64,000 nt of DNA from Micavibrio sp. UBA7689 (GCA_002482805.1 DLGR01000034.1:106208-170207), one strand, 5' to 3'. Positions 8,742 to 17,607 are shown, counted from the first letter of the stretch. Numbers and translations: made by a program. The notes: generated by a model from the sequence alone, not told the origin.

Positions 8742-9210
8742 TCAGGACTTAGTCCTAGCCAAGAATTACCGCGTGCCGGGTGATATCAATGTCGCCCTGC
8801 TTCACACTATCATTGCTGTGACCGCCCTGCGCGACGTCCTTTTGAAGGAAATCGACGCCCTTAAGCACAACAAGACCGGCATGTTTATGGATCTGCAGGA
8901 AGAAAAGGTCGAAGTCGCCCGCCGCTATGAACTGCTTATCGGTAATCTTATGGAGCGCGGCCCTGAAATCAAAAATGCCGACAAGAAATTGAAAGAACAG
9001 CTGCACCGCCTGCAAAATGATTTCGGCACGGTGGCCGAAACCAACCGTACACAGATCGAACGCATGAGTAACGCCACCAAGAAACTGGGCGAACTTATTA
9101 TGCGTTCCGCCCGCAAATCCGCGGAAAACGCAACGCAATTCGCCTACGGCTCCTCGGGCAAAATGGCCCGCGGCAATAAAGCCACCATCGGCGTCAACGA
9201 ACGGGCATAA
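8716..9210 (+). CDS. flagellar locus protein, FlbY/FlgN-like by position (coiled-coil)
   Basis: 164-aa helical protein between flgJ and fliK. The ATG at 8731 is preceded by GGAG. The assignment rests on position only. Confidence 0.4.
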   Translation: MERQTMQANQDLVLAKNYRVPGDINVALLHTIIAVTALRDVLLKEIDALKHNKTGMFMDLQEEKVEVARRYELLIGNLMERGPEIKNADKKLKEQLHRLQNDFGTVAETNRTQIERMSNATKKLGELIMRSARKSAENATQFAYGSSGKMARGNKATIGVNERA

Positions 9211-9225
9211 GGACACATATATATA

Positions 9226-10737
9226 ATGAGTAATATTAACCCTATCGCCACCACGAAAGTTGCCAATGCTCAAGGCACGCCGTCTACCAACGGCGGCTCT
9301 ACGTCGGGCGTGTTTGCGAACGGCAATTTCTGGGACACTATCTTGGCGCAACTTAACTTCTCCGGCGAAGCGCAAGCCGCAACAGTTACACCACCCGCTG
9401 ATGCTGCCAAAAAACCTGTCCCCGCAAACAGCAATCCGCTTGCAATGCTGCAAGTAGCATTGGCTTCGCAAACGGTAGATGCGAACGGCAACATCATCGT
9501 CGATGCCAAAGGCGAAAAGCTGCAAACCCAGCTCGGCCTGACCAACAAAATTATCGACTTCATCAAGGGCGTAACACCTGATTCCGCCGAACAAAAAGGT
9601 CTTCTGAACACACTGTTGTCCAAACTGCAGACAAAATCCGATACTTTGCAGGCATCGATCGCGGCACTGGAATCCGGTGTTATTAACAAAGATACACCTG
9701 TGGAAGATATTCCATTCCCCATGCTTATTGCGCTGGGCCTCTCACCTTCTGAAATTTCCCAAGTAACCGACCGCATTCAGGATCTGGAGAAAAAACTCGG
9801 CCGTGAGATCACGGTTGAAGATTTGATCGCCGGTGTCGGCGGCTTGTTACCTGCCCAAAACAACGCAGTTGTTACCGTCAGCGTTAAAAAAGACGGTTCT
9901 GTTGTTCTTGATGGCATCGATAAAAATACGGCTCCTACGGACGATCTCGCCGCACAATTAAACGCGATGGATGTCGGCGGTGAAGAAGCTACTGACGATG
10001 AAGCAAAAAGAGGTCTGAAGGGCAATGTGGATATCGAAATGCCCAAATTGGATGTTAAGGCGGATGTGAAAGCCGATACGAAGACTCAATCGTTCAAAGA
10101 TAATCTCGTTAACATGTTCAATGACATGAAAACGCAGGCCGGCGAAATGATATTCCCCATTACTTATTTTGATGGCGGTATGGATGGCGCTCTCACCCAA
10201 CCTTACGGCATGACGGCAGCTTCTTCCCTGTCCTTTGGTTCGACTGCGCAAGCCGCGAACATGGTTTCGGCGAACGTAGTGGCCGGTCAACCACATCCCG
10301 CCACGCAAACGGTTGCGGCGAACATCATGAAGAACGCCAAAGACGGCATTGAAACGATGACACTGCGCCTCGACCCTCCTGAACTCGGCAACGTCAATGT
10401 CCGCTTGCAATTCGGCAAAGATAAAATGGTCAAAGCCCATATCGTCGTGGAAAAACCTGAGACCTACATGATGCTTCAACGCGACGCGCAATCGCTTGAG
10501 CGCGCGTTGCAAACCGCAGGACTCGACACAAGCGCGGGCGAAGCGATTAGCTTCGAACTCGCACAGGACAATTCCGCGTTCGGCCATGACAACAATGGGC
10601 AAGGTGCGGAAAATAATTTTGGTGGTGGTGCTTCCGGCTCTCAGAATGTGGGCATGGACGGCGAAATCCTTCAATCCAGCATGACATGGAACGTCGATCC
10701 TTCGACTGGCCATGTTCGCTATAACATTTTTGTTTGA
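9226..10737 (+). CDS. fliK: flagellar hook-length control protein FliK
   Basis: 503 aa. C-terminal Flg_hook/T3S4-type motif LRLDPPELGNVNVRLQFGKDKMVKAHIVVEKPETYMMLQRDAQSLERALQTAGLD. Lies upstream of flgD-flgE. Confidence 0.85.
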   Translation: MSNINPIATTKVANAQGTPSTNGGSTSGVFANGNFWDTILAQLNFSGEAQAATVTPPADAAKKPVPANSNPLAMLQVALASQTVDANGNIIVDAKGEKLQTQLGLTNKIIDFIKGVTPDSAEQKGLLNTLLSKLQTKSDTLQASIAALESGVINKDTPVEDIPFPMLIALGLSPSEISQVTDRIQDLEKKLGREITVEDLIAGVGGLLPAQNNAVVTVSVKKDGSVVLDGIDKNTAPTDDLAAQLNAMDVGGEEATDDEAKRGLKGNVDIEMPKLDVKADVKADTKTQSFKDNLVNMFNDMKTQAGEMIFPITYFDGGMDGALTQPYGMTAASSLSFGSTAQAANMVSANVVAGQPHPATQTVAANIMKNAKDGIETMTLRLDPPELGNVNVRLQFGKDKMVKAHIVVEKPETYMMLQRDAQSLERALQTAGLDTSAGEAISFELAQDNSAFGHDNNGQGAENNFGGGASGSQNVGMDGEILQSSMTWNVDPSTGHVRYNIFV

Positions 10738-10748
10738 GGTAAAGAACC

Positions 10749-11441
10749 ATGACCATATCACCAGTAACAAGCACCGGCTTAGCTACAGATGCCAGCAAAA
10801 CAAACAGCTCCGTCACGGGTCTTGCTGAAGATTTCTCTCAGTTTCTTCAGCTGTTGACGACACAACTGCAAAACCAGGACCCGCTCTCTCCGATGGATTC
10901 CACCGAATTCACGAACCAGTTGGTTCAGTTCTCGCAGGTTGAACAAGCCATCAACTCCAACCAGAAACTGGATTCGCTGCTTTCGCTGCAACTCGCAAGC
11001 ATTTCGTCGGTTGCGCTCGGCTATGTAGGCATGGATATTTCCTATATCAGCGCAGACCTGAACTTCGATGGTTCCAAGCCTGTTGATATCAACTATGCCC
11101 TTGGCAAAGATGCCGTGACCTGCAAGGTCAACATTTTCGACGAAGAAGGCGATCTGGTTTATTCCGGCAACGCACCCAAAGATGTAGGCACCAACAAATT
11201 CACGTGGGATGGAAAAGATTCCAATGGAAATGCCGTAGAGGCAGGAACCTACACCGTCAAAGTTGCCGCTCTGGATAAAGACAACAAAGAAATCGAAAAT
11301 TCTACTGTTGTATCCGGTCACGTAAAAGGCATCGAAACACAAAACGGCATTGTTTACGTTCTGGTCGGTGATCGCGCGGTCGCGATTTCCTCCATCGTCA
11401 ATGCAACCGAAAAACCCGCAACAACAACGCCCACTGCATAA
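10749..11441 (+). CDS. flgD: flagellar hook capping/assembly protein FlgD
   Basis: 230 aa with DFSQFLQLLTTQLQNQDPLSPMDSTEFTNQLVQFSQVEQ and a C-terminal FlgD Ig-like region (GTNKFTWDGKDSNGNAVEAGTYTV). Confidence 0.92.
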   Translation: MTISPVTSTGLATDASKTNSSVTGLAEDFSQFLQLLTTQLQNQDPLSPMDSTEFTNQLVQFSQVEQAINSNQKLDSLLSLQLASISSVALGYVGMDISYISADLNFDGSKPVDINYALGKDAVTCKVNIFDEEGDLVYSGNAPKDVGTNKFTWDGKDSNGNAVEAGTYTVKVAALDKDNKEIENSTVVSGHVKGIETQNGIVYVLVGDRAVAISSIVNATEKPATTTPTA

Positions 11442-11465
11442 CGCTATTTAGCAAAGGAGACTGCC

Positions 11466-13202
11466 ATGAGTTTGTTTGGATCATTATATACGGGAGTGTC
11501 CGGTCTTTCTGCCCAGTCGCAGTCGACCGCGATGATTTCCAACAACATCGCGAACGTGAACACGGTGGGCTTTAAACGCTCCGAAGCTGCGTTCTATTCG
11601 CTAGTGACAACTGAAGGCCGCGCATCGCGCTACTCGCCCGGTACGGTCTCCGTGAACCGTATTCAGCGCGTCGACCAGCAAGGTCCGATCCAGCAATCGA
11701 TCTCGTCTACCGATACATCGATTTCCGGAAACGGTTTCTACGCCGTCAAACGCGATAACGACTCTTCCGGTTTATCCCAATATCTCTACACAAGAAACGG
11801 CCAATTCTCCGAAGATGCAGAAGGCTTCTTGCGCAACACGGCAGGCTTCTACCTGTTTGGCTGGCCGCTCGATGTGGATGGCAACCTGCCTTCCAACCAA
11901 GGCGACTTGACCTCGTTGGTGCCGGTAGATGTGGCGTTCCTCGGCGGCTTGACCCGTCCGACGACAACGGCGGAACTCGCACTGAACCTTGACTCCGATG
12001 AAGTTGACAGCACGTTGGTAGGTGCGTTGACAGCTCCGCCGAACTTTACACGCTCCATCACAATGTATGACTCGCTTGGTAACGACCAACCTGTGACGTT
12101 TGAATTCGTAAAAACATATGGCCCGCAAGGTACCGCCGCCTCCAACGTCGGCGATACATCTGCTACGACGAACCTCGTGTCGGACATGGGCGTTACCAAC
12201 TTAAGCAGCTTTACGGTAGCCATCGACGGAGGCGCGGTGCTCGCAACCATCCGTATCAACAATACCGGTGCTGTTGCTATTCCTGGCGTTACCGATGTCC
12301 AGACGATGGGCGAACTCATCAACGCAGTGGATGCCATTGCCGGTGTTTCCGCTTTTCTCGGCAATGATGGCGAACTGGTTATCCAGCGCGATGAATTCCG
12401 GGTTGTCGGTAACGCACTCAACCTTGCCAACGGCGTTCCCGCTGCACTGGCTGGTCTCGGTCTAACGGCAGGAGCCTTTGCTTCGAACACTTTGAACAGC
12501 GCCACTTACGCAAACGGCGGTCCTGCTGACGCACCTCCGTACAGCTCCGAAGCGTTCCCCGCTCCGCAATTCTTCCCCGGTGATGCAAACTATAATGCTC
12601 GCGGCTGGTGGCAGGTGCGCGTGATCGACCCGAACAACAACGTGCTTACTCAAGGTTTGATGAACTTCACACCGTCCGGAACGATCAACGCCCTGCCCGA
12701 TACCGATGGCAATATCGATATCGAATTGGCCGGTATCGATTGGGGCAACGGCTCCGCCTTGCAAACGATCGAAGTTGACGTCGAACGCTTCTCGCAGTTC
12801 GCCGGTAACTACACGGTTCTGTTTGCTGACCAGAACGGCGCCGAGCTTGGTTTGAGAACGGGCGTGGATATCGACCGCGAAGGTTTCGTGATCGCACAAT
12901 TCTCTAACGGCGCATCTTCGAGACTGTACAAACTCCCGCTCGTAACCTTCTCTAACCCGAACGGTTTGCAGGAAGTGTCCGGAACGGCCTATTCCGAAAC
13001 CGATGAATCGGGCGAGGAGAACCTGCGTGAAGCAGGATCGGGCGGCGCAGGCTTTATCGAACCCGCGACTCTGGAGATGTCCAACGTCGATTTGGCGGAC
13101 GAATTTGCCAAACTGATCATCTCCCAGCGCGCCTACTCGGCCAACACCAAGGTCATCACCACTGTCGACCAGATGACCGAGGAATTGCTGAGACTTCGCT
13201 AA
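11466..13202 (+). CDS. flgE: flagellar hook protein FlgE
   Basis: 578 aa. MSLFGSLYTGVSGLSAQSQSTAMISNNIANVNTVGFKRSEA and C-terminal LEMSNVDLADEFAKLIISQRAYSANTKVITTVDQM. Confidence 0.92.
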   Translation: MSLFGSLYTGVSGLSAQSQSTAMISNNIANVNTVGFKRSEAAFYSLVTTEGRASRYSPGTVSVNRIQRVDQQGPIQQSISSTDTSISGNGFYAVKRDNDSSGLSQYLYTRNGQFSEDAEGFLRNTAGFYLFGWPLDVDGNLPSNQGDLTSLVPVDVAFLGGLTRPTTTAELALNLDSDEVDSTLVGALTAPPNFTRSITMYDSLGNDQPVTFEFVKTYGPQGTAASNVGDTSATTNLVSDMGVTNLSSFTVAIDGGAVLATIRINNTGAVAIPGVTDVQTMGELINAVDAIAGVSAFLGNDGELVIQRDEFRVVGNALNLANGVPAALAGLGLTAGAFASNTLNSATYANGGPADAPPYSSEAFPAPQFFPGDANYNARGWWQVRVIDPNNNVLTQGLMNFTPSGTINALPDTDGNIDIELAGIDWGNGSALQTIEVDVERFSQFAGNYTVLFADQNGAELGLRTGVDIDREGFVIAQFSNGASSRLYKLPLVTFSNPNGLQEVSGTAYSETDESGEENLREAGSGGAGFIEPATLEMSNVDLADEFAKLIISQRAYSANTKVITTVDQMTEELLRLR

Positions 13203-13224
13203 TACATAAGCCTCCTTCAATAAG

Positions 13225-13255
13225 CGCCCCGCCCACTCCTTCGGCGGGGCGTTTT
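13225..13255 (+). terminator. rho-independent terminator ending the flgI-flgE operon
   Basis: 9-bp GC stem CGCCCCGCC/GGCGGGGCG followed by TTTT. Confidence 0.8.
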
Positions 13256-13455
13256 CGTATAATTTGAGGCCTTATATGAAGACAAGCAGATAAGATTCTG
13301 GTTTTTAAAAATAATTCTAAAATTTTAGGAATGTTATCTACCTAATAGTTAACAAAGCGGCTTTCCCGAATCATTGATTATTGATAACGTTATGAAAATA
13401 CTGAGTTTTTGCGGGGAAAAACATTAACTAACTGCGATTCCTGCTGTTTTTGCCG

Positions 13456-13470
13456 TTAACACCCTGTTAA
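13456..13470. promoter_or_regulatory. perfect CtrA box TTAAcaccctgTTAA, within a putative promoter TTAACA-N18-TATAGT
   Basis: Exact TTAA-N7-TTAA lying 87-101 bp upstream of the flagellin ATG. A TATAGT -10 candidate is at 13480-13485. Confidence 0.6.
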
Positions 13471-13556
13471 TTTGTATGTTATAGTATTGAAAATGTCGTC
13501 CAGTATGGGCGGCGAAGAAAATATGCCAAAGACAACCCTAGGAAAGGATTTTTACA

Positions 13557-15272
13557 ATGGCTAACGATATCGTATTGGGTTCGGCCCTCCGCTCGAACCT
13601 TTTGACCCTCCAGCAAACGCAGAGATCTATCGACATTACGCAGTTGCGTCTCGCAACAGGTAAAAAGGTCAACTCCGCTCTGGATAACCCGCAAAACTTC
13701 TTCACGTCGCAAGCTCTGAGCAACCGTGCATCGGACCTTACCCGTCTTCTGGACGGTATCGGTCAATCGATCAAAACGATTCAGGAAGCTGACAAAGGCG
13801 TAACCGCTCTTACGTCGCTCGTCGAGCAAGCAGATTCTATCGTGTCTTCGGCACGTGACGAACTGGCTGCTTCCGCAGGCGAAGCCCGCGTTGTCGGTAA
13901 CGTCGACCTTCGCAACATCACCGACTTGGTAGCTTCTTTCTCCGGTTCGGGTATCGCAAACAACGACATCATTCGTATTGTTACAACGAACGATGCCGGC
14001 ACACAAATTGCGCAGAACGTCACGATCAACACGGGTGACACGGGCTACTCGCTCGCCGCTAAAATCACCGATGCTTTTGCTGACAACTTTGCTGGCGAAA
14101 TCTCGGCCCGTCTCAACACGACAACAGGCTTCCTTGAAATCTCGAGCACAAACGGTCGTTCGTTTAAAATCGGCGATACCACGACTGCAGCCAACAACGT
14201 TACGCTCGCTGGTTACACGGCCTTGGGTATCGGACGCTACTTCGAAGACGAACTGCGTATGCCCGCAGGTAGCACCACGGCGCAAGCTACCATCATTGCT
14301 GGTAACAGAGTAAGCACCATTTCCATGTATGAATCTGCCGGTAACCTGGTGGATGCAGGGGATGTCATCAACGGATCTACCCTGACCAATGCTAGCGGTA
14401 CGACGGTAGTTGGCGGTCTTACGGGTACAAACGTCTTGAACTTCCAGGTCAACAACACCACAGCCACCCAATCCGGTAACATTACCTTGGCTACCAACAC
14501 CACATGGCAGGACGTTGTCGACCAAATCAACCAAACGCCGGCAATCAACACGTTGGTACGTGCAAGCTTCAACAGCGATACGGGTTCGATCGAACTGACG
14601 TCCCTGGCCGACTCTGTTGAAAACATATCCATCAACTTGACCACGACGGGCGGCGCCACCGCAGGTACGTTCAACCTGGGTTGGGGCGATAGTTCTGGTG
14701 CTCTTGACCGTCTCTCCGCTGTTGGTGCTATTACCGCTGGCGGTACATACGAAACGGTTCTTGCTTTCAACAGCAGTACGCAAGCGTTGGATCAATTCGC
14801 TGCCGACTTCAACACGGTTCGCGAACAGATCAACGACCTCGTTCTGGATGCCAACTACCGCGGCGTTAACTTGCTCCGTGGCGACAACCTGACGACCTTC
14901 TTCAACGAAGACAACACCAGCACGTTGGTTACACAAGGTGCGACGTTTACTTCGGATGGTTTGGGTCTGGTTGTGGCTAACTTCTCAAGCTCCGCTGCTA
15001 TCGAACGATTCTCTTCGATTACGAGGGCGGCATTGAATGAAGTACGTAGCTTCGGATCTTCGCTGGCCAACAACCTGTCGATCATCCAGACGCGTCAAAC
15101 GTTCACGCAAGAGACGATCAATGTTCTGAAAGCCGGCTCGGCCGACTTGACAGACGCTGATCCGAACGAAGAAGGTGCAAACCTGCTCGCTCTGCAAACG
15201 AGACAACAGTTGGGCGTTACGGCTCTGTCGCTGGCTTCTCAGTCCCAGCAGTCCGTACTCAGACTGTTCTAA
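13557..15272 (+). CDS. flagellin (large, 571 aa)
   Basis: N-terminal LRSNLLTLQQTQRSIDITQLRLATGKKVNSALDNPQNFF and C-terminal EGANLLALQTRQQLGVTALSLASQSQQSVLRLF. Long Thr/Ser/Asn/Gly-rich central domain. Confidence 0.92.
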   Translation: MANDIVLGSALRSNLLTLQQTQRSIDITQLRLATGKKVNSALDNPQNFFTSQALSNRASDLTRLLDGIGQSIKTIQEADKGVTALTSLVEQADSIVSSARDELAASAGEARVVGNVDLRNITDLVASFSGSGIANNDIIRIVTTNDAGTQIAQNVTINTGDTGYSLAAKITDAFADNFAGEISARLNTTTGFLEISSTNGRSFKIGDTTTAANNVTLAGYTALGIGRYFEDELRMPAGSTTAQATIIAGNRVSTISMYESAGNLVDAGDVINGSTLTNASGTTVVGGLTGTNVLNFQVNNTTATQSGNITLATNTTWQDVVDQINQTPAINTLVRASFNSDTGSIELTSLADSVENISINLTTTGGATAGTFNLGWGDSSGALDRLSAVGAITAGGTYETVLAFNSSTQALDQFAADFNTVREQINDLVLDANYRGVNLLRGDNLTTFFNEDNTSTLVTQGATFTSDGLGLVVANFSSSAAIERFSSITRAALNEVRSFGSSLANNLSIIQTRQTFTQETINVLKAGSADLTDADPNEEGANLLALQTRQQLGVTALSLASQSQQSVLRLF

Positions 15273-15321
15273 TAATTGTCTTTCGCGGCCCAGGAGGGGC
15301 GGCAAAAAGATTGAAAACAAA

Positions 15322-15352
15322 AACCGGCGGAAGAATCCGCCGGTTTTCTTTT
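15322..15352 (+). terminator. rho-independent terminator after the flagellin gene
   Basis: Stem AACCGGCGG/CCGCCGGTT followed by TTCTTTT. Confidence 0.8.
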
Positions 15353-15372
15353 GTGCGGTTTTTATTTTGGTG

Positions 15373-15385
15373 GGCAAAATTTGCC
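15373..15385. promoter_or_regulatory. perfect palindrome GGCAAA-A-TTTGCC, candidate FlbD enhancer upstream of flbT
   Basis: Reverse complement of the 7020-7032 site. Lies ~85 bp upstream of a weak GG-N10-GC element (aGGAAGaactccTGCc, 15455-15470). Confidence 0.4.
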
Positions 15386-15493
15386 GATGGATTCCTTCAA
15401 ATAATTTTGATTTTTAATGTTTTGGTCATCGAATTTTGATATAATGAATATAGTAGGAAGAACTCCTGCCATGACAAGAAAGGAAGAAATCCC

Positions 15494-15898
15494 ATGGCCC
15501 TTGTAATCGATTTAAAACCCGGCGAAAAAATTCTGATAGGCACAGCGGTCATCACCAATGATTCGCAGCGCACGCGTTTACACATATCCGGCGAAGCCGC
15601 GATCTTGCGCGAAAAAGACGTTATGCAGGAACAAGATGCTAATACACCCTGCAAGAAAGTCTATTTTTTGATTCAGTGCATGTATATTTCGCCCGATCCG
15701 AAACAGTATTTCCAAAAATATTTCGGATTACTGAAAGAAATCCAACACGCCGCTCCTACTTTGTCGTTCGTGTTTTTGGCCATCAACGAAAAAATCATGG
15801 AAGGCCATTACTATAAGGCGATGCGCGATGCGCGTGAATTGATCAAATTGGAAGAGGAGTTGATTGGCCATGCCACCCAAGCACAGCCAGCCGCATAA
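15494..15898 (+). CDS. flbT: flagellin synthesis post-transcriptional regulator FlbT
   Basis: 134 aa. MALVIDLKPGEKILIGTAVITNDSQRTRLHISGEAAILREKDVM is the FlbT signature N-terminus. Confidence 0.88.
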   Translation: MALVIDLKPGEKILIGTAVITNDSQRTRLHISGEAAILREKDVMQEQDANTPCKKVYFLIQCMYISPDPKQYFQKYFGLLKEIQHAAPTLSFVFLAINEKIMEGHYYKAMRDARELIKLEEELIGHATQAQPAA

Positions 15899-16397
15899 CC
15901 CCCATGCGTCCGCCGCGGGCGCCTACGGGATGAACGCACAGAAACACAGCGAAGATCCGCGTGAAATAGAGGCGCGCGCGCTATTGAAATCCGCGCAGTT
16001 CCTGCAGGATCTGCAGAATAATTGGGACGCGGCGGACAGCGAAATCATCCAGGAAACGCTTAAATACAACCGCGATATCTGGATGATGTTCTACGACACG
16101 GCCGTGGAAAATCCCGACGACGAACGTCCGCAAGATTTGCGTAACAATATATACAATCTCGCTAACTTTATCTTCAAGCGCGAGGTAGACATTCTGGCAA
16201 AGCCGGAAAAGAAAAAATTCGACATCCTTATAAGCATCAACCGCGATATCGCCGCTGGCTTGCTCGACGGTATCAAGAATGAACGTGCTGCAGCTGCCAA
16301 AGCAGCGCCCGCAGCGCCTTCTGCAACCGGCGCACCCGCCGCGGCAGACGCAGACACAAAAAAACCGCCCTCAGGCGGCTGGAATTCTTCCGCTTAA
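15870..16397 (+). CDS. flaF: flagellar biosynthesis regulator FlaF with Ala/Pro-rich C-terminal tail
   Basis: The ATG at 15870 is preceded by GGAAGAGGAG. EIEARALLKSAQFLQDLQNNW...LKYNRDIWMMF is FlaF-like. The gene overlaps the flbT 3' end by 29 nt. Confidence 0.8.
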   Translation: MPPKHSQPHNPHASAAGAYGMNAQKHSEDPREIEARALLKSAQFLQDLQNNWDAADSEIIQETLKYNRDIWMMFYDTAVENPDDERPQDLRNNIYNLANFIFKREVDILAKPEKKKFDILISINRDIAAGLLDGIKNERAAAAKAAPAAPSATGAPAAADADTKKPPSGGWNSSA

Positions 16398-16403
16398 AAT
16401 ACC

Positions 16404-16850
16404 TTAAGCTTGCGTATCGATGGAAACCGGTGCGCTCGTCGTTACAGGCGCGGAGGTTACTGCAGGTGCAGAAACCTCAGACGTGGAAACTTCAGGCGCC
16501 GCTGTTTCGGCAACGCGTGGCTCATACGCAGTAGCGGTAGTGGTTTGCACTTCGGTATCTTCATAAGAAATCTTCGGCGCCACTACAGCCTGCGAGCGTT
16601 TATAAGCTTCGAGTTGCGCTTCGGAAGGAATCTGGCGGACAACATCACCCGTGTCGCGGTCGCGTTGCAGGAGAAGTGCTTTGTCGAAATTCACATCGAC
16701 CTTGATGTAGAGAGAAATATATGGAGCTTGCAACGAAGCTTGTTGAACGCGCGCGGGGTTCGCGGCGAACGAATTTGCTACACTCTGCTGATCTGCGATC
16801 GCTTTTGTGTAGGCGGCGTTTGATAAAACTGAATTCACTGCTTCAAGCAT
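16404..16850 (-). CDS. FlaG-like flagellar protein with Thr/Ser/Ala/Pro-rich C-terminal tail
   Basis: 148 aa. Core LLLQRDRDTGDVVRQIPSEAQLEAY resembles the FlaG family motif (..D.etgEvIRQIP.ee.l). Confidence 0.5.
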   Translation of the reverse strand: MLEAVNSVLSNAAYTKAIADQQSVANSFAANPARVQQASLQAPYISLYIKVDVNFDKALLLQRDRDTGDVVRQIPSEAQLEAYKRSQAVVAPKISYEDTEVQTTTATAYEPRVAETAAPEVSTSEVSAPAVTSAPVTTSAPVSIDTQA

Positions 16851-17254
16851 GAATTTCCAAACCCTTATACTTCCAAAAAAGTGTACGGAAAAAATCGCAC
16901 ACTACCCTACTATCATATTACTGGAAAACAGGCACAAAGTCAATTTTTTTCGTTGTTTTCTTCAAATATTCGTGTAGTGAACATACCCGTGTATTAGAAG
17001 TAAGGAATTTTTAATTCTTTAGATTCCTCCCAATACATTCAAATTATTATAATAAATAAAAAATTATTACTTTATTTATTTGCTTTATACTTACTATTCT
17101 TTATCAACAAAAATAATATCTACAATAAAACTCTTTAATATCAGTTGCTTCGTCTGCGTTGTTCTTATACGTAGTCGCGCCAGTTCTTCTTAGCGATATT
17201 TTAACCGAAACCACCCCATAATATTTTCATATTACAAAATTATGGGTACGATTC

Positions 17255-17536
17255 ATGTCTGACAATATTCACACTTATAGCGCCGAAATAACGCTCCTCC
17301 CCCCACCGACTACACAAAGATGGGTAAAATCCAGAAAGCTGGCCGTTATCAAGGCGATAGAAGGCGGCATCCTTTCCGACGAACAGGCCTGCCAGCGCTA
17401 TTCATTGTCACAGGAAGAGCTGGATTCTTGGAAGCGCGCCCTGAATCGCTTCGGCCCTGGTGCCTTGCGCACGACCCATATCAATCGCTACCGCCGCAAC
17501 GATCCGGCAAAACAGCCGCCTTCCCAACAAAGCTAG
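17255..17536 (+). CDS. sciP: DUF1153 / SciP-like small CtrA-inhibitor-type HTH protein
   Basis: 93 aa. TTQRWVKSRKLAVIKAIEGGILSDEQACQRYSLSQEELDSWKRALNRFGPGALRTT matches my recollection of Caulobacter SciP in both size and motif. Confidence 0.7.
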   Translation: MSDNIHTYSAEITLLPPPTTQRWVKSRKLAVIKAIEGGILSDEQACQRYSLSQEELDSWKRALNRFGPGALRTTHINRYRRNDPAKQPPSQQS

Positions 17537-17578
17537 GAAATTCCTCGTTTTTAAGCTGTATGTGTGTCAACTAACCGT

Positions 17579-17607
17579 TTGACACCACCTGTATACTTCT
17601 TTAGATT
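17579..17607 (+). promoter_or_regulatory. sigma70-type promoter TTGACA-N17-TAGATT abutting the start codon
   Basis: Consensus -35 and exact 17-nt spacer. The -10 ends 1 nt before the ATG at 17608, and a second in-frame ATG is at 17617. Confidence 0.5.

Noticed and set aside
13479-14936. 485-aa ORF antisense to the flagellin gene
   Set aside because: It overlaps a confidently identified flagellin CDS almost entirely. Its translation is low-complexity (R/V/G/T-rich) with no motif. It is most simply explained by the biased codon content of the flagellin gene avoiding antisense stops. Only ribosome profiling could rescue it.
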